Assembly (NCBI RefSeq): GCF_026571515.1
Contig: NW_026866441.1
Span: forward strand, 186,001 to 243,769
From: Ruditapes philippinarum
Taxonomy: Eukaryota
DNA length: 57,769 bases
Direction: 5' to 3'
The position numbers and the translations under genes are program-made. The notes under the pieces were generated by a model. That model had not been told where the DNA came from. It saw nothing but the letters and a program-made list of their open reading frames with translations, and ran no database searches. Positions 1 through 11,677 of the stretch are shown piece after piece (within the stretch, counting starts at the first letter, position 1; every line of letters starts with the position of its first letter).

Positions 1-926
1 CATATGCCTTAAACATGATGTATAACGTTTTATTATTAATATATTGACCTCTGTAATCAGATCAGTTTTATTGTATATCATATCACGATTTTGTGGTATA
101 ATACGAGTTAAATTCACTCGTCATATGAAAATCAATTTTTTAATTGTCATAAAAAATCCCCGATTTATTATTTGGTTAATCGTTTCTTATTCAGTGTTTT
201 TTTAGCAAATGGCCATGAACAGTTATATACGTGCATACGTTTAATACTATTGTTGGATGTCAGTTTAATAAAGCAAGACGAAAAATCATTTAAATAAATG
301 TAATGTTAATCATAATAAGTTTATTGAAAACCCTATTTTTGACTTTACATAGAAATAAAAAAACACCATTCATAAAGAGTGCTACTGTGATAGATTGTTA
401 GATATATTTGTTTCAAACGCCAACGATTTTTTTTAACTTTAAACCGGATGGAAGAGTACAACGTTTCATTTTGGTAAACATTTGATATTTTCCAAAAATA
501 AAGTATGCAACCCTTATTTATAATTGTCATTTTACCCCTGAAAAAGCACTTTATGAATGTTCAGTCTCACAATACGTTTCATGACAGGAAATAATTACTC
601 CCCATGAAATACTCTTCGTAATTGACAAGTCCTTCTTGGAATTACTTTTCCTGGACCTATTATCAACCTAAATAAGTAGATTGAAATGTTTTGTCTAAAT
701 TCTACAATTATTATCATTAATGTATGTATTATGGTTTATGCAACGATTTCTATATCTCCATTGACAGGCATTAAATTCACAAGACAGAGGTTTAATTTCA
801 CATTACGGGACTGGCAATATTTTTAGTCCCCTACCGGTTTACCGGATGGGACTTTAGGTTTACCTTCCGTCCGTCTGTCCGTCAGTCAATCCGTCCGTCC
901 GTCTGTCAGTCCGTCCGTCCACAAAA

Positions 927-1430
927 CTGGATCCCGCGATAACGCAAAAAGTACTGAAAATATTTTTTATGAAACTTGATATATTGATAGATGGCAGTAC
1001 AGAGATTATGCACGTCTTTTTCTTTTCTTCCAATGTTGAAAGTTCTGATTGCTATGGCAACAAATGGACTGAAAATATGGCAAATTTTACACATAAGCTG
1101 GATCCAGTGATAACACAAAAAGTTTAGGAAATATTTTTATGAAACTTGTATTATGGGTAGATGGCAGTCTGGAAATTATCCACGTCTTTTTATTTTCTTC
1201 CTATGTTGAAAATTCTGGTTGCTAAGACAACAAATAGACTGAAAATATGGCAAATTTAACACATAAGCTTGACCTAGTGAAAATGCAAAAAGTACTGAAA
1301 ATATTTTTTTATGAAACTTGATGGGTACATGGCAGTATGGAGATTATGCATGTCTTTTTCTCTTTTTTTTTCCTTTTTTTTTGAAAAATAAAATTGGTTG
1401 CCATAGCAAGAAATAGGCTTAAAACATTGG
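927..1430 (+). repeat. About 3 tandem copies of a ~170-bp unit inside the HINE
   Basis: Recurring AAATATTTTTTATGAAACTTG...ATGGCAGT...ATTAT...GACTGAAAATATGGCAAATTT.ACACATAAGCT; units start near 928, 1098 and 1268. Confidence 0.85.
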
Positions 1431-1544
1431 AAATATAAAAATATACACATCATTTTAATCTTGACTATAGGGAGTATATTGAGAGCTGTCATACTTAACA
1501 AACGTCGGCAACCTCGTCAAGATTTCTGATTCTAGTTTTTAGGC

Positions 1545-2140
1545 TCTTTCACTATAAGTTCTTTATTTCTTAAGGTATTTAATTCAAACTTCAAACATAC
1601 GTTTCTGGTCATCAACCACATCAAACGTGACAAGGTCTTAACTCTAGCACAAAAATTATCACAATTGTCTCCCTTGAACTTACATGAAAAAAAATTTTTT
1701 TTTTTAAATAACTTCTTTATTTCTTAATGTAACTTTTTCAAACTTCATATATATGTTTCTTATTATCACTTAAATCATTTGTGAGACGGTTCAATACTCT
1801 AGCAAGACTATTTCCAGAATTATGTCCCCCTTGAACTTAGATTTGTTTTCGAGAAATTGGTATATTTTACTCCAACTTTTTCATAACTTATAGGATTTAC
1901 TGCAAACGCCCACATCATAATAACATGACAAGGTTTATAAATCGAGTATCCTTATTTCTAGAATTATCTCATCCTTAAACTTTGAATTTTTCTTTTTCAT
2001 TCTTTTAACTTTCTTTTACTTCAAATTCAAAATAAACATTCATTATGAACAGCCTCATTACTAATTGTTCTTTGTTACACTCACATCATGTATGATATCT
2101 TGGATCTTTATTTCAAGAGTAATCTCCTCCTTAAGAATTT
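1545..2140 (+). repeat. Degenerate second tandem array (~150-bp units) inside the HINE
   Basis: Recurring TTCTTTATTTCTTAA...TTCAAACTTCA...GTGACAAGG...ACTCTAGCA...AATTATGTCCCCTTGAACTTA-like motifs. Confidence 0.55.
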
Positions 2141-4485
2141 TGCTTTTAAAAATGTTACATATTTGGTAACAGGGATGTGTAAAAAATTAACTTTAGATTG
2201 TCCTTCAGTCTGTCTGTTCATAAAAACTGTTTCCTATGATCACTTCTAAAGAACTTTTCCAACAAATTTTCTTAAAAAAGAGAACAATTGAAACATTATT
2301 GAATGGCTAAGGGCCGCTTTTAACCGGTAGGGGACTTACGGATTGCTTGCAATACTATGATAATTGCTTGTTCCTAATGATAAAGTTTCATACCTATAAA
2401 TTCACTGCGAATATTTCATATCTTTCGCTAACTCCGGTTTTCAAGAGTTCTCATATTTTTTGTGTCAATGGATCTAAAGAGATAAGCGTTGATACGCTGT
2501 TACACTTGAATAGGACTAAGAGTCGCTCTGAAGATAGTTTTTTTTTATCTAACTTCGGGAATATTAAAAATCATCTCTTTAAATAGTTTTCTATTTAAGT
2601 GTTCTAGTTGGTTTATCTAAGATGTTTTTTTTATTTTGTTCTAATGTTTTTTTGGCTTTGGGACCTCAATGAAACTCCTTTGAGAGTTATTTGGAACAAT
2701 TCGTAGAAATTTCCAAACTGGTCTTGATATAAACGATAATTTTTGAAAGTAAATAACATTAACACATAAACACTTAGCACGGGCCAAATTAAGATTATGA
2801 ATAAATTATCAAGACAAGTTATAGCCATCTATCATTTATATCAATCAATGCGTGACGTGAAGTTAAAAACAGATGTTATAATTAAACAAAATATTATTAG
2901 CGATACCTGAGTTTCAAGAAAATAACGTAATTTCCATATAATTTATCTCTTGTCTTTTTCGCAATAGGAAACCATCAAGAACTAAGAACTAAATGTGACA
3001 GATATTTACATATTTTACAATTATGCTATTCAAAGATAAAAGCTGATAATAATTCTTCAAAGTCTCCATGATAATTCAATATGTGCAACTTATTGTCTTA
3101 TGCAATAGAAATAACACCAAACATATTGCTTATTCATATAATGTACATTGTAAAAACAAGTTATCAATAATAATTTTAAATTGACTTTATATTTTAATCA
3201 GTGAATTTAAATATTTCTAGTCATATTTCGTAATTCACTCAGACTGTAGTAAAATTATCCCCATTATGACTTAATAAGCGAGGGAAATTAAAGTTCTATC
3301 TTTTGTAACGATATCTCTTACAACTGTAAAACAAGCCATAGAGTATTCGCTGATATAAATAAAACCACCGAGGAGTCAGTCTTTATGTGTGTAAATGTGT
3401 AAATGAAACAAGTTTTAAAACAAATTGTAACAGACAACATAACCAATTGTAAACAAGTGTTGAAACCAAATCAGTCCAAAAACTATGTTCTTTTTTGCCC
3501 TAAATGAAAGATCTATTTCAGGGAGATATTAGCAACAGAACGAATTAATACCAGTTCTTATTCCCGCATTTTATCACACAAAGCCAATGCGATTTTTTTT
3601 AGAAACGAGTTTCGATTAAGTGTATTTCCTAATAAAGAAAGAAATCACTTAGATAGACAGTTAATATAACAGGACAATTTCCTGTCGTCAAATAATAAGA
3701 TACTTCCTAAGTATTTGATTGACAAGAATAAACGACACGTTTTCAAAATCTGAAATTACAACAATTCTTAAAGCAATACATGTCATTTTTAATTTTGTTC
3801 ATTTTGTAAGCCCATGAAAGGAAAATAATAGCAGTTATCTTTTTTTCTAAATTTTAAAAAGGACTTTATTATTATCATAATAATGCTGTTGTCATAAACA
3901 TGTTTTACATTTTTATAAAAGATGAACCATTAGCTGGATAACATTTCTGATCTGATAAATATGTCTATTGCATACGGTTGAGTCAATAACGGGAAGTAAT
4001 TATAACATATAACTCATACCAAAACATCAGAAAGTCAAAAGCTTAACGGAGACTTTCATGAAGTGTTCCTCTTGACCCATTGGATATAATCACATAAGGT
4101 AAGTAACAAATCATATTGTATCGAATTTCGATCAGTTAACACTGATATTTTAAATACATATTAATATATAATGTCTTTCAACGAAGCACTATATGATTAG
4201 ATAAAGTCAAATAAATTGAACATGTGCTTGCTTTTTTACACAAAGTGCCGTTTCATATTTATTGTTTAATAAAAGAAGTTGTTGATTTATAATTTTGCGG
4301 TTATGATTAAAGAAACATAATGTGTTTGTACATTGATACACTAGATTAATGTAAAATTATTTGACTTAAATTACAATAACAGTATTTTTCACTGTATGAC
4401 GGAATTCTTATCATTTATCCCAAGTTTGAAGAATTCCTACAACTAAGCAGAAAAGCTTGAGATATAAAATCCAATATAAAGAGTA

Positions 4486-7088
4486 CCCTGTTTGCATCTT
4501 TTTCCGCGGTACTAAGCGTAAAAACGAATAAATATAATATAAAAGTCACTTACCTTTGTTTTCTTTTTTGTTCAATACATTCACCAATCTTTCATTAAAG
4601 AAGCAGCATAAAGAATATACATCAAATGTTTAATGTTTTTATTATTATCGGCATTATTTAGATCACGTGATAGCCACCATTACTGAAGGGAAGTAAATCT
4701 GGTTCCGCGGTATAAAAGTCTATACCATACTGTATGAATACCTTTAACGGTATCAAAACACTAACTGTTCAAAATGTTAAACAAGTTCAGCCACCACACA
4801 TTTATAACAAAACTTCTGTAAAACATCAACAATAACATGTTCATTTACACAAACATTCATGCACTACTGTTATTTTTTTGTTTTTATTACTCCTCTTTTG
4901 CACAATGGGGGCATCTAAAGACAGTTGCCTTCCTGAGCACTTTCACTTCAGTGCAACATTTCAAGTGCACCCAGTGAGGACAATAATCACACTTTCCCCA
5001 TTTTACGAAAACAATACTTGTGCATCCTTTTAAATCAGCTGGGGACCATAAATTGCATACACAACACTTGTCTTCATCTGAATCACCAATGTCACTGTCA
5101 CTGCTTTCAGAGATGGATGGTGTAGTGAAAGAGATTGGTCCTCCAGATTTAGATATACCAGATGTACTTGGCTTTGTATGATGTACATGTGATTTGGAAG
5201 TATTGACTTTGCTTTGTGTGGCACAGATTTCTTGGTTGTTAACACTTTTGGTGGCTGACTTGCTTGAACATGTATTTGATTTGACTTTATTTTCAAGAAT
5301 GGCTGTATTTTTACTACTTAACAAATTGCCACACACATAGGGAGGAACAAATTTTCTCTTTGGCCTCTGCTTCACTTGCACAGATGTAATTGCTCTGCTC
5401 TCAAAGAAAGTAGTAGGTACATGTTCATGAGATTGTGGCTCATGAGACTTGGGATCTTCATGTGAAACCTCCTGTTGGCATGGAACATTTTCACATGCAT
5501 CAGAACTAGATGACTCTACAGCTTTCTCAACTGGATATATAGATGATGGTGCAGTATCCTTTACAGATATACATGTATCATCAAAAGAAAAATACCTGAT
5601 TTCTTGAATGCAGCACTGACATTTGATGGGGAAAATGCCTTCAGGTAGTGGTTTCCAGTCAACTTAGCAATTTCGTATTTGGTAATGTAAGCTCCTGGGT
5701 TCTTCTGAAGGTATTGCTGGCATTCAGAATAATAAAATTTTTTAAAAGGTCCAAATACACCAGCATCTAAGGGTTGAGTGAGATGGCTAGTATGTGGTGG
5801 TAATACAAACAAAAGCACATTTGCCTACTCTGTAAGTGTTAATGATAGATGAGACTTATGCCCATCATACAAAATCAAGGTTGGGGGCTTGTCTTCTGCA
5901 TTTGAAGCATGAGAGAAATGCTTGCTCAGATGATCTGTGACATACTTTTCAAATAGACCAGAATTCACCCATCCACTGTCTGACATTTCACCTCCAGATC
6001 CATGAGGTGCATCTTTGATGAACTCGGGATTCCATCTCTTACCCGGAAAAATATAGTATGGAGGAACAAAGTTGCCTAGTGCATTGGCTCCACCTATAAT
6101 GGTTACATTTGATGATCTTGGAGATGTTACAGACTGGGGTTTAGATTCTTTATCACAAACAATTTTTGGTGGAGTTTGTTGTGCGCTTATACCAGTTTCA
6201 TCAATATTAAAGATACGTTCAGGCTTATCAAGAAGGTCATTTTCAGTAAGGATGTCTTGCAGCTCACGAAAGTAGTTTTCTATTCTTTCTTGTGAAGCCC
6301 CTTTTGCTCTTGAAATTTCAAGTTTTTGTGGTTGCACAATTTTCAGGTCTGGGTATCGTTTAAGAAAGGCATAAAACCATACGGTGCTCAAAGAATCCTT
6401 AGATTTTTCATCTTTACCCAAAGAACGTGCATAGTCAGCTGCAAGGAACCTAATGTTTGTCATGGTATACCCATAACCCACATTGGCCATATGTTTGATG
6501 TGATGAACCAGCTTATCATCTTCTATGTCTGTTAACAAAGTTTCTGGCCCTACTTTACAATTAACTGACACAATGTGTCTGGTGCGGTCCCTTAATGTAG
6601 ATTCTGGCACACCATACATGCGACAAGCCCTATAGACAGACATGCCAGACAAGGTAGCTTCATAAGCCAATTTCAAATTTCCTCTATCATAAGGTTTCCT
6701 ACCACTTGTACCATGAACACCAGTACCCTGAGGAAGAAAATATTTTAGTGTTTTGTAACCTTTACTGACTATGGTATGGCGGAGGTTTTTAAAACTAATG
6801 TCAACAAATTTTGACAGCAGACGGCACGCAAATTTAATAAGATATTTCATGGTAAATGCATAGAAAACATTTGTATTTTTGTTAAAATCATCATTATTTT
6901 GTATTAATCTTATACATTTTAACATATAACATACCAGAAAGTGGTTCATTCTGCAGTATTTGACAAATATCTCTGTCCCAGCGAAAAGTAGGTCACGTTT
7001 GTTTTCATACAGGTGGCGCTTCAAGTGAAAATTACGAAAAATGAAAATAACGCGGAACCGGATGTAACCCGGAAATAGATGCAACGAG
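4486..7088 (-). mobile_element. pogo/Tigger-like (IS630-Tc1-mariner) DNA transposon, apparently full length (~2.6 kb)
   Basis: TA at both flanks (4484-4485, 7089-7090). Imperfect TIRs CCCTGTTTGCATCTTTTTCCG / CGGAAATAGATGCAACGAG. Subterminal inverted motif GGTTCCGCG (4701) / CGCGGAACC (7051). Absent from the paralogous copy. Encodes a DDE transposase. Confidence 0.92.
4887..6727 (-). pseudogene. pogo-like DDE_1 transposase with psq-type HTH, CENP-B-type HTH and C-terminal PHD finger; lightly disrupted
   Basis: HTH GMSVYRACRMYGVPESTLRDR. Catalytic motifs FNIDETG, LILYDGHKSH, QPLDAGVFGPFK. PHD CCVC...KWGKCDYCPHWVHLKC...FRCPHC. In-frame TAG at 5825-5827 where Trp is expected, and a 1-bp frameshift near 5588 that joins to ORF 4887-5381. 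Probable splice acceptor TTTTCTTCCTCAG ending at 6728. Confidence 0.92.
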
Positions 7089-7459
7089 TATAATACATAT
7101 CGTCAAATGTAAACGTAAGACGTTCGATAAAAATTTTGGTCTTGCGTGAGGACTACATTAAGTATGTTAATTTAAGTTCCAATGAATTACGGGTTGAGTG
7201 ACATGAAGCTAATTTACGCAGGTCTTGTTATTGGATATTTACATATGTCTATACAAGGCGTTACATTATTAATTTTCGATTGAAATAACCTTAAATGTAT
7301 AAATATATTAATAAATGTTTTTCTAAATATTCAATATTTAATATGTTAATATTGAAAATATCATATAAAATGGAATGATCACCTTTTTCCTATTCACATG
7401 AAAACAGGAGTTGTTTGTTATTCGATATATCTTGGTCATAACACTTAATTTATTCATTT

Positions 7460-7700
7460 TCTTGTTGTTTGTCTGTTCAGATTTAAGTAACTCAAACACT
7501 TAAATGGTCATATGGCGACTTTGCAGCTCTTCTTCTGCCTCCGTGTATTAGTTAGACACGAACGGATACCCGAGTAGAATCAACCAACTTTAATACTGTT
7601 GCTGGGAAGCTTCCTCAGATGATAATATTTTTAAGTTACTGGCGGTATTCAAACTCTAAGCGGTGAGGGACAAGTGATTTGAAGTATTTCAAGTATGATT
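7460..7700 (-). mobile_element. Degenerate tRNA-derived SINE (V-SINE/RUDI-like), minus strand
   Basis: GGTCATATGGCGACTTT.CAGCT...GCCTCCGTG.ATTA...GAAGCTTCCTCA...AGCGGTGAGGGACAAGTGATTTGAAGT is the reverse complement of the SINE family seen at 8895. Family name from memory. Confidence 0.65.
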
Positions 7701-8894
7701 TTACACAAAACGAAAACATTGCTATAACGACATGCCACCATGCCAAAGGTTGTTTCTGTTCTAATCTATCTGTGTTCAATGTAACCCATTTCGACTTTGA
7801 GTCTATCGTAGAAAACAATTAGAAGTATGTCACATCGTCTTCAGTTATTCTAACCCATTGAGTCGCCTTCCACGATCATGTGGGGATAGAAAATGACACA
7901 GTTGTTATTTTTGAACAAACAAAACAACATTTCAAGGAAATATATGACAAATCTTCTCTAACTTTAAATGATCTTGTCACTTCATTGTCAGATAAAACCG
8001 TTTTAGATTTAACTGTCAGAAACAGATGTGTTTAAGTTATGGCTTTACATTTTTTTTCATTTTCATGACAAAAAAATAGAAATAAAAGAGTACAACATTC
8101 TGTTTAAATTTAATGTAAATTGGGCATAATTATTACTTGAAGAAAGTAAAGACGCGTATATTCACATGACAGTAAAGTTAAGAAACTTATTTCAAAATTG
8201 GTTATAATATTAAATTAACTAAACTAAAATTGTTGGGAATTAATATGTTCAAAATTTCTTTACTTTGCTCATATGATTATTACTAATAACATGTAAATAT
8301 CATAAAATGAAATTATACTTTTATTTATTTTTTACAACATAGAAAAAAATCAAAGAAGCACTTTAACATCTTTGATATAATGAAGGAAATGAGCTATCTA
8401 GTTTTCTAGAGCATTATGCTTATTTTTACCACATTTTTACAGACAATTCAAAAGCAATTACATTGACGTGACTTTAAAATTCCAATGAAATTAATTACCT
8501 TGATAAAATATTGCAAAAATTGGACATCCAATTTAATTTTTTTTTTGCCATTCTTTTCCAAGAAGTGTTAAAAGTAAAGATAATGAATGGCAAAATGTAC
8601 TCATTATATAGATTTGTTAAAAAACGGGAACCATTTTTAATCTTATACCATTCAATTATTACAACTTTCAACAATTTTAACAAGATAAATAGTGTCACTT
8701 ACTTGTCGTTTATTTGAGCATTAGAACACTTAGAAAACACGTGTTAAAACTGATTTGATGGAGATTTAATAGTTTTATCAATTCACTGTGTAATTATGCG
8801 AAAATGATAATTTTTCTTCATTTGATGGTTATAGAAATATACATGCTGAATATTTTATATTGAACGAACTCAGATAATCAAAATGTCGTTCTCA

Positions 8895-9153
8895 TACAGC
8901 CGAGTGGTTATGGTTGTCGACTTCTTATCATTTGCCATTCATCGTTTTTGGTTTGAATCCCGTCAGTTGAAACTATAATATTAGTTTATGGAAGGTCAGT
9001 AGGCGAACTCATGTTCCCGCTCGTACCTAAAATATTGCATTGCACAAATGGGACGTTTTGGGGACTGAGGTCTTCCTCTAACAGTGAAGTTGGAAAATCT
9101 CCGCAACACTTTGACAGTGTCGGTGAAACTTAAAATCCAACAAAACAATCAAT
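8895..9153 (+). mobile_element. Degenerate tRNA-derived SINE (V-SINE/RUDI-like)
   Basis: A-box-like GCCGAGTGGTTA, B-box-like GGTTTGAATCCC, body GGAAGGTC...CCCGCTCGT...GGTCTTCCTC...TGGAAA...GTGTCGGTGAAACTTAAA, A-rich tail. Confidence 0.75.
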
Positions 9154-11534
9154 TCCATCCATACCATGATCAGATACGTGTATTCACATCCGAATTAATT
9201 TATGTATAAGGAAAATTTTACAGTCGTCATTAGGCTGACATAGGTGATAAATCCGGTAACAGAACGAAGGAAACCCGTTAAAATTTCTGTTAAATACTCC
9301 TGAACTGGTTAATGGAAGTCGGTTGTGTAGCATTATGACAACAGAGTATTCGTATCCTAGAACGTCTTAATAATGACCGCCCGATTTTTCTTTCTTCTAA
9401 AACCGCAGGACCTCTATATGTTAGCATTTAAATGTGCAAACTCTTTAAAACCTCATAGCAATGGCTTTACGTACTTGTATTGTAATTATTGTTTTAATGA
9501 ACGTATTTGACCATACAGTAGCTTAGCGCTCTCATCTGTTATGATGTAGACTCTGTCCACAAGTTTACTTGTAGAGTGTTCCGCCACGAATTTCCACAAA
9601 TTTTATGGTTGCGCGTTCTTTCGGCGTGTTCTGCCCCATTATCTCATGGACGTCCACTGGCTTTTTGTGGATGAATGGTAGTATAAATAGCTTGAGCGCC
9701 TTCATTCGGGAGTGTCAACACTTTAAAAATCTTTACACCTTACCATATTTTGTTTTAGATTGGAAATGATGTGTTTTTTATTTTGTTTGACAAATATTAA
9801 ATTTTGAGCATCTGAAATTATCAAGATGTGCAATATAAAAAATATTTAATCACAATGCTTATTTTTCATAAAGAGAATTTAGCTAAGTATTTATATTTGA
9901 TCAAGTAGACTGAGAGTAATATAACGTCTTCGAAATTCGCCTTCTTCGCGTTTGCTAACCGAGATATTGTTTGTGAATCTTATAATATCTATTAATAATT
10001 TTGAATTGCCAACCTGTTACGTTACATTGAAAAATAACTACGACATTAATTAAATTTGAAAATATTGTAGTCATAATCACAGTAAGGTGAATTGTCCCCT
10101 TTCTCTCAGTAGTTTTCTTAACTGTATGAGTTCAAAATGGCGCTAGCACTTGAGATACCAGATATTCGTCCTGCCACTTGAGAGATCAGACCCTACTGTT
10201 ATTGTAAGCTGTTTTTAAAGTGAAACATAACACTGCAAAACATCATTAGATTATAAGCAGTATGTGTGACGTCCCAGGGTCGAAACAATATACAGCAAAT
10301 TATATAACTGTCTCTAAACAGATAGGTGTTATGCCAATTTGTGTCCTTAACTGCGACATTTATTGCGTTGAATTGAAACCTTACATTGCAAATTAGGTAT
10401 AAATCAGTCAACATAATTAACAATACTGTCACTTTATTTCACAAACCGTATTTAACGAAACAAGTCTACGAAACTTCCTTTTCAAGTATATATGGCAGAA
10501 TATACTAGACAAGTTATAGGACAATTTATTCAGTAAGAATGTCCTAGACATCAATGAATTTATGCCATCCATAGATGAGCATTGTATATCTATAAATTCT
10601 TGAAGACGATTATTTATAAGTTTTTTTGTGCACTCGACTAAATAACCTATTCTCACAATGTTCTTTTGTTCTTAATCAGTTCAATCTCTTTGACAGCTAA
10701 ATACTAGGTAAAACCGTCGAGACATGTGACCTTTATATTTTACTATCATAAATCAAATGTTTCCGTGACTTGAGAACCATTTTGCATACAATGTATCCAC
10801 AAGTAATGTTTCGCCTAACAAGAAAAACAATGCATTAAAAACTTACAATGTGATTTCAAAAGATTTTTTTGACAAAATAGCTTCTGGATTGAATGAAATT
10901 AGGGTTAGATAAAAAATGTTATAAAGGTTAATCATTGCTTTAGTGCGGGGCGACATATGTATTACAACACTCCAAGTGGTTCTGCAGATTTTACAGGATT
11001 AAATATTTAACGAAAAGAAGAAAAGGATAGAGTTATATAGGTGACCAATTTGGATTGATGTCTTATATAAGGTTGAAACGCTTTTGTTTTCATCTGCCAT
11101 TAAAACATAAAAAGCATTGTTAAAAGTTGATATTTGTTTGTCTTATAATGATTGTATATACTTTAAAGCCAGGAATATGCTGGATTAGTTTCATGAAAAA
11201 TTCATAGTTGTTACAAAATGGTACAATTGAACATTGTATTTCCTTTTACAAGTTATATTTTCAAACAAGTTAATTTCTCATCCGGAAAAGGAGACGTGAC
11301 GAACATACATATATCTGACTAAAAAAGTTCATATTATACGAACATATAGTTAATCATATTTTTAATTCTGTCTGATGTCTGATGCTTTTCGGATTTTGTT
11401 TAATCATCTTACAATATATATAAACAATGTCCAGTGAATGTGAACTGTTAAGGGGCGAGAACTCTGTTATCGAGATTAACGGAATTTTCCACATTTCGCT
11501 TATCATGGAAATTTTCCGTACATAAATACATTTT

Positions 11535-11677
11535 TTTTGTTTCAGTATATAAATACGTACCAAGAATTAAAAAATCGAGTTTCTAAAGGATTGAAAAACT
11601 GTACTAACATATCTACATTCAAACTTGGAGAAAGTTTCTTTTTTGTTTCAGTATATAAATACGTACCAAGAATTAAA
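11535..11677 (+). repeat. 37-bp exact direct repeat, 106 bp apart
   Basis: TTTTGTTTCAGTATATAAATACGTACCAAGAATTAAA at 11535-11571 and 11641-11677. Confidence 0.9.

Larger units (their letters stand above)
821..2357 (+). mobile_element. Helentron-associated non-autonomous element (HINE/DINE-1-like), possibly composite
   Basis: 5' TTTT followed by a hairpin AGTCCC-CTACCGGT-TTACCGG-ATGGGACT (825-853). GTCY-type microsatellite at 867-920. The subterminal inverted repeat AGTCCCCTACCGGTT (825-839) matches AACCGGTAGGGGACT (2322-2336), followed by a 3' stem-loop ATTGC-TT-GCAAT (2342-2353). Internal tandem repeats present. Confidence 0.85.
3336..11366 (+). repeat. Segmental duplication A, copy 1 (interrupted by a transposon at 4486-7088)
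   Basis: Collinear with 13496-19163 from AATAAAACCACCGAGGAGTC to ATAGTTAATCATATTTTTAATT; high similarity with scattered substitutions and small indels. Confidence 0.97.

Noticed and set aside
6728-7084. N-terminal ~119 aa of the 419-aa ORF
   Set aside because: Starts inside the TIR, looks like translated AT-rich DNA and lies upstream of a good splice acceptor; probably UTR/intron rather than transposase
10199-10432. 77/78-aa ORF present in both copies of duplication A (also 17979-18215)
   Set aside because: GTG start, no recognisable domain; retention is plausible by chance in a recent, highly similar duplication
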